Origin: Clostridiaceae bacterium
Lineage (GTDB): Bacteria > Bacillota > Clostridia > Saccharofermentanales > DTU023
Direction of reading: 5' to 3'
Assembly: GCA_012838135.1 (NCBI GenBank)
Contig: DUPV01000042.1
Location: forward strand, 31,816-95,815
DNA length: 64,000 bases
Made by a program: the position numbers and the translations under genes. This document shows, piece after piece, positions 60,331 to 64,000 of this stretch (its first letter is position 1; the number at the start of each line of letters is the position of its first letter). The notes under the pieces are model-generated. The model did not search any database. It saw only the letters and a program-made list of their open reading frames with translations, and had not been told where the DNA came from.

Positions 60331-63300
60331 ATGAAGTGTAATAATTGTAATTTTGAAAATGAACCGAATGCGGTCTTTTGTTCCAACTGCGGCAATCAAT
60401 TGCTTTCACAAGATGCCGATTCGAATGATTCTCCGCAATTTCCTGAGAATTCTGAGTCATCCGGTTATATTGATTCTTCAGACCAACAACCGTCAACTCC
60501 GGAACCTGTGGGGCAACAACCGACGAGCGGGGATACATATCCGTACCCTCCGGCACAGCAGCAACCTCCGGGATCTCAAAATGTCGAGCAACCGTTGGGA
60601 CAACAGCCGATTCAACAAGCACCGGATTATTATGGTACTCCTCCGGCTCAGGAACCAATGCAACAACCTGTACAGCCGGCTCAACAACCTTATGTGCAAC
60701 CGATGCAGCAACCAATGCAACAGGCTCAACAACCTTATGTGCAACCGATGCAACCAATGCAGCAGGCTCAGCAACCTTATATGCAGCCGATGCAACCAAT
60801 GCCCGGTCAACAGCCGCCGAAAAAGAAAAAACGTTTGGGCTTAATTATCAGTTTAAGTGCTGTGGCAGTTATTTTAGCAGTTTTAGCATTCTTGCTTTTT
60901 CCCAGAAAAATCAGTTATGAAAGTGAAGATAATCCGGCAACAGCCGCTGAACAACTTGCCGAATATAATGTTGAAGTCAAATGTAATCAAGGAGTCAGAG
61001 AAGTCTTTTATACGCTCAATCCCGAGAATCCGGATGATCTGAATTCGTACTTACCTGTTACCGGTACAGGAGGTTTGTTTAAGAAAACAATAAATTTGAG
61101 AAATTTACCTTTGAAAGCAGGAAATAATACACTTTATCTATACACAAAAACGCTGTTCGGCAATTCAAAACCGGAAAAAATAGTTTTGACCAGACATGTC
61201 GGTTTTTCTTCACCTTATGAAGAAGGAGCAAAACAAGAACTCGACCAGGGTTCATCAATCATCGCCAATGAATTATTAGTCTTACTTAAGGCAAATGCGA
61301 CCAGGTCTGATATCGAGAATATTGCCCGGAAATACGGTGCGGAAATAGTTGGTGAAATTCCGATAATCAACGAATATCAATTGCGTTTTTCAGATCCGAA
61401 TATTGATTTGAATCAATTGCAAGAAAATATTTCGGCAGAGCCGGAAGTTGAAATTGCAATATTTAATATGGTTCACAAAATTGAAGGCTCGAGTTATCCA
61501 AATGATAGTCTTTTGGATAGCTGGGATTTGACAAATCCTGAGGGCAACAATTGGGGACTTGAAGTAATGCGTGTTCCGCAAGCTTATGAAGAAGGTCCGG
61601 AATTTGGACATATTAAAGCCGGTGTCATTGACGGCAGTGTACAATACGACCACGAAGACTTGCAGATTCCGGTTGAGAATGTGTACATACATCCTTCACT
61701 GAACATTCGAAATATGGAAGACTTAGTGCGTTATCGGGCAAAGGGAACGAATGAACCGGGTGAGGATTATATGGGTCTTTTGAGGCATGGCACCCACGTT
61801 ACCGGCACGATCGGAGCTATAACCAATAACGGTCTGGGTGTTGCCGGAGTTAATCAGGATTGTGAAATGTTCTTTTTCCATCACTGGCATTTTTTAGTGG
61901 ATCCGGCAACGCGTGAAATTCTTTATTACACCTCGTATGAACCTGAAATGAGTACATTTGAATTTCATGTTTCAGTTGTCACGCTTGCAAGTCAAGATTG
62001 CCGTGTGATTAATTACAGTATAGGGCGTATAAATACGTCGATACCGGGTGCAAATCCCTGGGAACAAATGGAAACGGACGGTTATGGTGAAGTATGTACG
62101 CGACTGGAAGAATTAGGTTATGACTTTTTGTTAGTTAAAGCGGCAGGTAATGATACTAAAGACTCGTCACAATATGCTTGTAATCGCAGCTTAATCGGCA
62201 CAGAAGCCGGCAAGCGACATACGTTGATCGTTGCTTCTATCGAAAACACAAAAGTGTCAACCGATTCGTTTAGCGATACAAAATATCCGGCCGTTGCAGG
62301 CTACGAGCTGTCTTATTTTAGTAACTACGGAGAAATAGTCGATGTAGCAGCTCCCGGAACAGATATTTTCAACACTCTGCCATATCATGAATATGGCTTG
62401 ATGTCGGGTACATCAATGGCAGCACCGAATGCAGCAGGTGTAGCCTCGTTAATATATGCTGCCAATCCTGAATATACATCTGATCAGGTCAAGAGAATTT
62501 TGATGGAAGAAACGGATACATTTGCACCGGATTACGATGGAAGGGCAATTCCGGTAGTTAATGCTGCGTTGGCGGTTCAAGCTGATGCTGTCAAGACAGA
62601 TTTAGTTACGGCAAATGTCTTAGATGCCAATACCCGTGAACCGATTGCAGAATTCAATGTTGTAGCTACAGCCTATGATGTGCCGGATATATCGGGAACT
62701 TATAGAAATGGTAAATATTCTGAAACTTTAATGCCCGGATCGTATGAATTTGTCTTTAGTGCAGAAGGTTACAACGATGAAGAGGTCACCCAATTCACTA
62801 CAATAGGTGAGGGAAAAACAGTAGCTTTACCGGATATATTGATGACTCCGGAGTCAGCAGCTGCGGGTACGGTATCCGGACAAGTTATTGATGCGGTTGA
62901 CGGAGCAGGCTTAACAGATGTGAAACTCACATTCTTCTCCGGAGACTCACAAGTCCAAGAAATAAATGTTGATGCGGAAGGAAGATATTCGATTGACTTA
63001 CCGCAAGGCAACTATAGAATGGTCGGTAATAAAGAAGGTTACATAGAGAATGAGACTGAAGTAGTTTCAGTAGCGGATACTAATTCCGATAATCAAAATC
63101 TGATTCTAAGTCCGAACATCACTTCGGAACAAGCAAGATTTGTTCTGAGTTGGGGTGAACAACCATATGACTTGGATTTGCATATGAAAGGTCCGGGAAT
63201 GAACGGAGCTGAATACGGTCATGTCTTTTGGGACGATAAAATTTATCCGTCCGCTGATGATATTCATTATGCATTAGATGTTGATGATACATGGAGTTAT

Positions 63301-63585
63301 GGTCCTGAGACCATCACCATAGAAAAAGAGCTACCAGGAGAATATATCGTCTACGTTCATGACTTTACTAACAGTTATTATGACGGTGATCAGTTGGGTA
63401 CGTCGTCCGGATTGGGGAATTCAGGTGCGAAGATCACGGCTTATACATCAACCGGAGTTCAGACCTTTGAAGTACCCAATCAACCGGGAACACTATGGAA
63501 AGTCTTAAAATACTCCAACGGTGTAATAACACCGATTAATGAAATGTCCTACGAAATGTTTATTGATGAAATACCTACCCACTGA
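60331..63585 (+). CDS. Membrane-anchored S8 (subtilase) protease with zinc ribbon, Gln/Pro linker, carboxypeptidase-regulatory-like and YfaP-like domains
   Basis: CNNC...CSNC; KKKKR plus TM; triad VIDG / HGTHVTG / GTSMAAP and AAGN; LSWG...DLDLH...LDVDD...GPETITI. Confidence 0.88.
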   Translation: MKCNNCNFENEPNAVFCSNCGNQLLSQDADSNDSPQFPENSESSGYIDSSDQQPSTPEPVGQQPTSGDTYPYPPAQQQPPGSQNVEQPLGQQPIQQAPDYYGTPPAQEPMQQPVQPAQQPYVQPMQQPMQQAQQPYVQPMQPMQQAQQPYMQPMQPMPGQQPPKKKKRLGLIISLSAVAVILAVLAFLLFPRKISYESEDNPATAAEQLAEYNVEVKCNQGVREVFYTLNPENPDDLNSYLPVTGTGGLFKKTINLRNLPLKAGNNTLYLYTKTLFGNSKPEKIVLTRHVGFSSPYEEGAKQELDQGSSIIANELLVLLKANATRSDIENIARKYGAEIVGEIPIINEYQLRFSDPNIDLNQLQENISAEPEVEIAIFNMVHKIEGSSYPNDSLLDSWDLTNPEGNNWGLEVMRVPQAYEEGPEFGHIKAGVIDGSVQYDHEDLQIPVENVYIHPSLNIRNMEDLVRYRAKGTNEPGEDYMGLLRHGTHVTGTIGAITNNGLGVAGVNQDCEMFFFHHWHFLVDPATREILYYTSYEPEMSTFEFHVSVVTLASQDCRVINYSIGRINTSIPGANPWEQMETDGYGEVCTRLEELGYDFLLVKAAGNDTKDSSQYACNRSLIGTEAGKRHTLIVASIENTKVSTDSFSDTKYPAVAGYELSYFSNYGEIVDVAAPGTDIFNTLPYHEYGLMSGTSMAAPNAAGVASLIYAANPEYTSDQVKRILMEETDTFAPDYDGRAIPVVNAALAVQADAVKTDLVTANVLDANTREPIAEFNVVATAYDVPDISGTYRNGKYSETLMPGSYEFVFSAEGYNDEEVTQFTTIGEGKTVALPDILMTPESAAAGTVSGQVIDAVDGAGLTDVKLTFFSGDSQVQEINVDAEGRYSIDLPQGNYRMVGNKEGYIENETEVVSVADTNSDNQNLILSPNITSEQARFVLSWGEQPYDLDLHMKGPGMNGAEYGHVFWDDKIYPSADDIHYALDVDDTWSYGPETITIEKELPGEYIVYVHDFTNSYYDGDQLGTSSGLGNSGAKITAYTSTGVQTFEVPNQPGTLWKVLKYSNGVITPINEMSYEMFIDEIPTH
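60655..60805 (+). repeat. Tandem repeats encoding QQPY(V/M)QPMQ
   Basis: GCTCA(A/G)CAACCTTAT(G/A)TGCA(A/G)CCGATGCA x3. Confidence 0.85.
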
Positions 63586-63686
63586 TGATTAATGGCTGAA
63601 TATTCTAAAAAAGATATGATAGTTAAAAACTCTAAAAGGATGATACAACTATTGGATATAGTAACAAATTGAATCAGATAATATTT

Positions 63687-63711
63687 TCAAAACAATTAAT
63701 AATTGTTTTGA
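63687..63711 (+). terminator. Hairpin after the S8 protease gene
   Basis: TCAAAACAATT-AAT-AATTGTTTTGA; no T tail. Confidence 0.4.
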
Positions 63712-63732
63712 GGTAATTAGTATAGGCCTATT

Positions 63733-64000
63733 ATGAATTTTGCTAAAAGTATACGATTAAATTTTTGCAGGATTAATAATGCAAACAGCATTTTGCGCAG
63801 TTTTATCTTCTTATTTTTGATTGTCTGTTTGTCTGCAGCCAATATTGGTTGCAATAAACAGACACAATTAGGGAGAAATCAGCAAAATGCTGATTTCTCA
63901 AGAATTGATAACAGTAGTTCGACTGAACAAAAAAAACGGTATAATACGGTTGTTTTCACTTCCGGCACTACTACGGAAGTAACGACTGAACCAAGTGCGA
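63733..64000 (+). CDS. Putative lipoprotein, truncated by the window edge
   Basis: Manual translation MNFAKS...FIFLFLIVCLSAANIGCNKQ...; open to the end; lipobox-like NIGC. Confidence 0.6.
   Translation, partial: MNFAKSIRLNFCRINNANSILRSFIFLFLIVCLSAANIGCNKQTQLGRNQQNADFSRIDNSSSTEQKKRYNTVVFTSGTTTEVTTEPSA

Noticed and set aside
60197-60844. Overlapping ORFs of 200, 163 and 105 aa
   Set aside because: Alternative-frame products of the Gln/Pro repeat region of the protease gene.

Overview
AT-rich Bacillota (Clostridia-like) chromosomal segment spanning the replication origin. 0-17 kb: truncated AAA ATPase, nadE, mutM, glyoxalase, cls, a DUF3783 gene, then dnaA-dnaN-recF-remB-gyrB followed directly by parS and parA-parB (no rpmH/rnpA, yaaA or gyrA). 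Both intergenic regions around dnaA lack canonical TTATCCACA and instead carry TTAT(C/T)AACA boxes, and DnaA domain IV has substitutions at base-contacting positions. 18.6-45.4 kb: carbohydrate island with HPr, an NCS2-like permease, a D-psicose 3-epimerase, split transketolase, two paralogous Zn polyol dehydrogenases, DeoR and FadR regulators, a lipoyl-dependent E2-E3-fused E1 dehydrogenase complex, a Liv-type ABC transporter, an SDR and an atypical transaldolase. 45.5-49.3 kb: higher-GC block (acyltransferase, DUF6320-like, pcm). 49.5-64 kb: FAH hydrolase, pfkB remnant, a surface operon (transglutaminase-like/Ig/G5 protein, lipoprotein, MBOAT, AlgJ-like), lplA, a CapA-family protein and a membrane-anchored S8 protease. 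No rRNA, tRNA or CRISPR array was seen. All calls come from motif recognition by eye; no searches were run.
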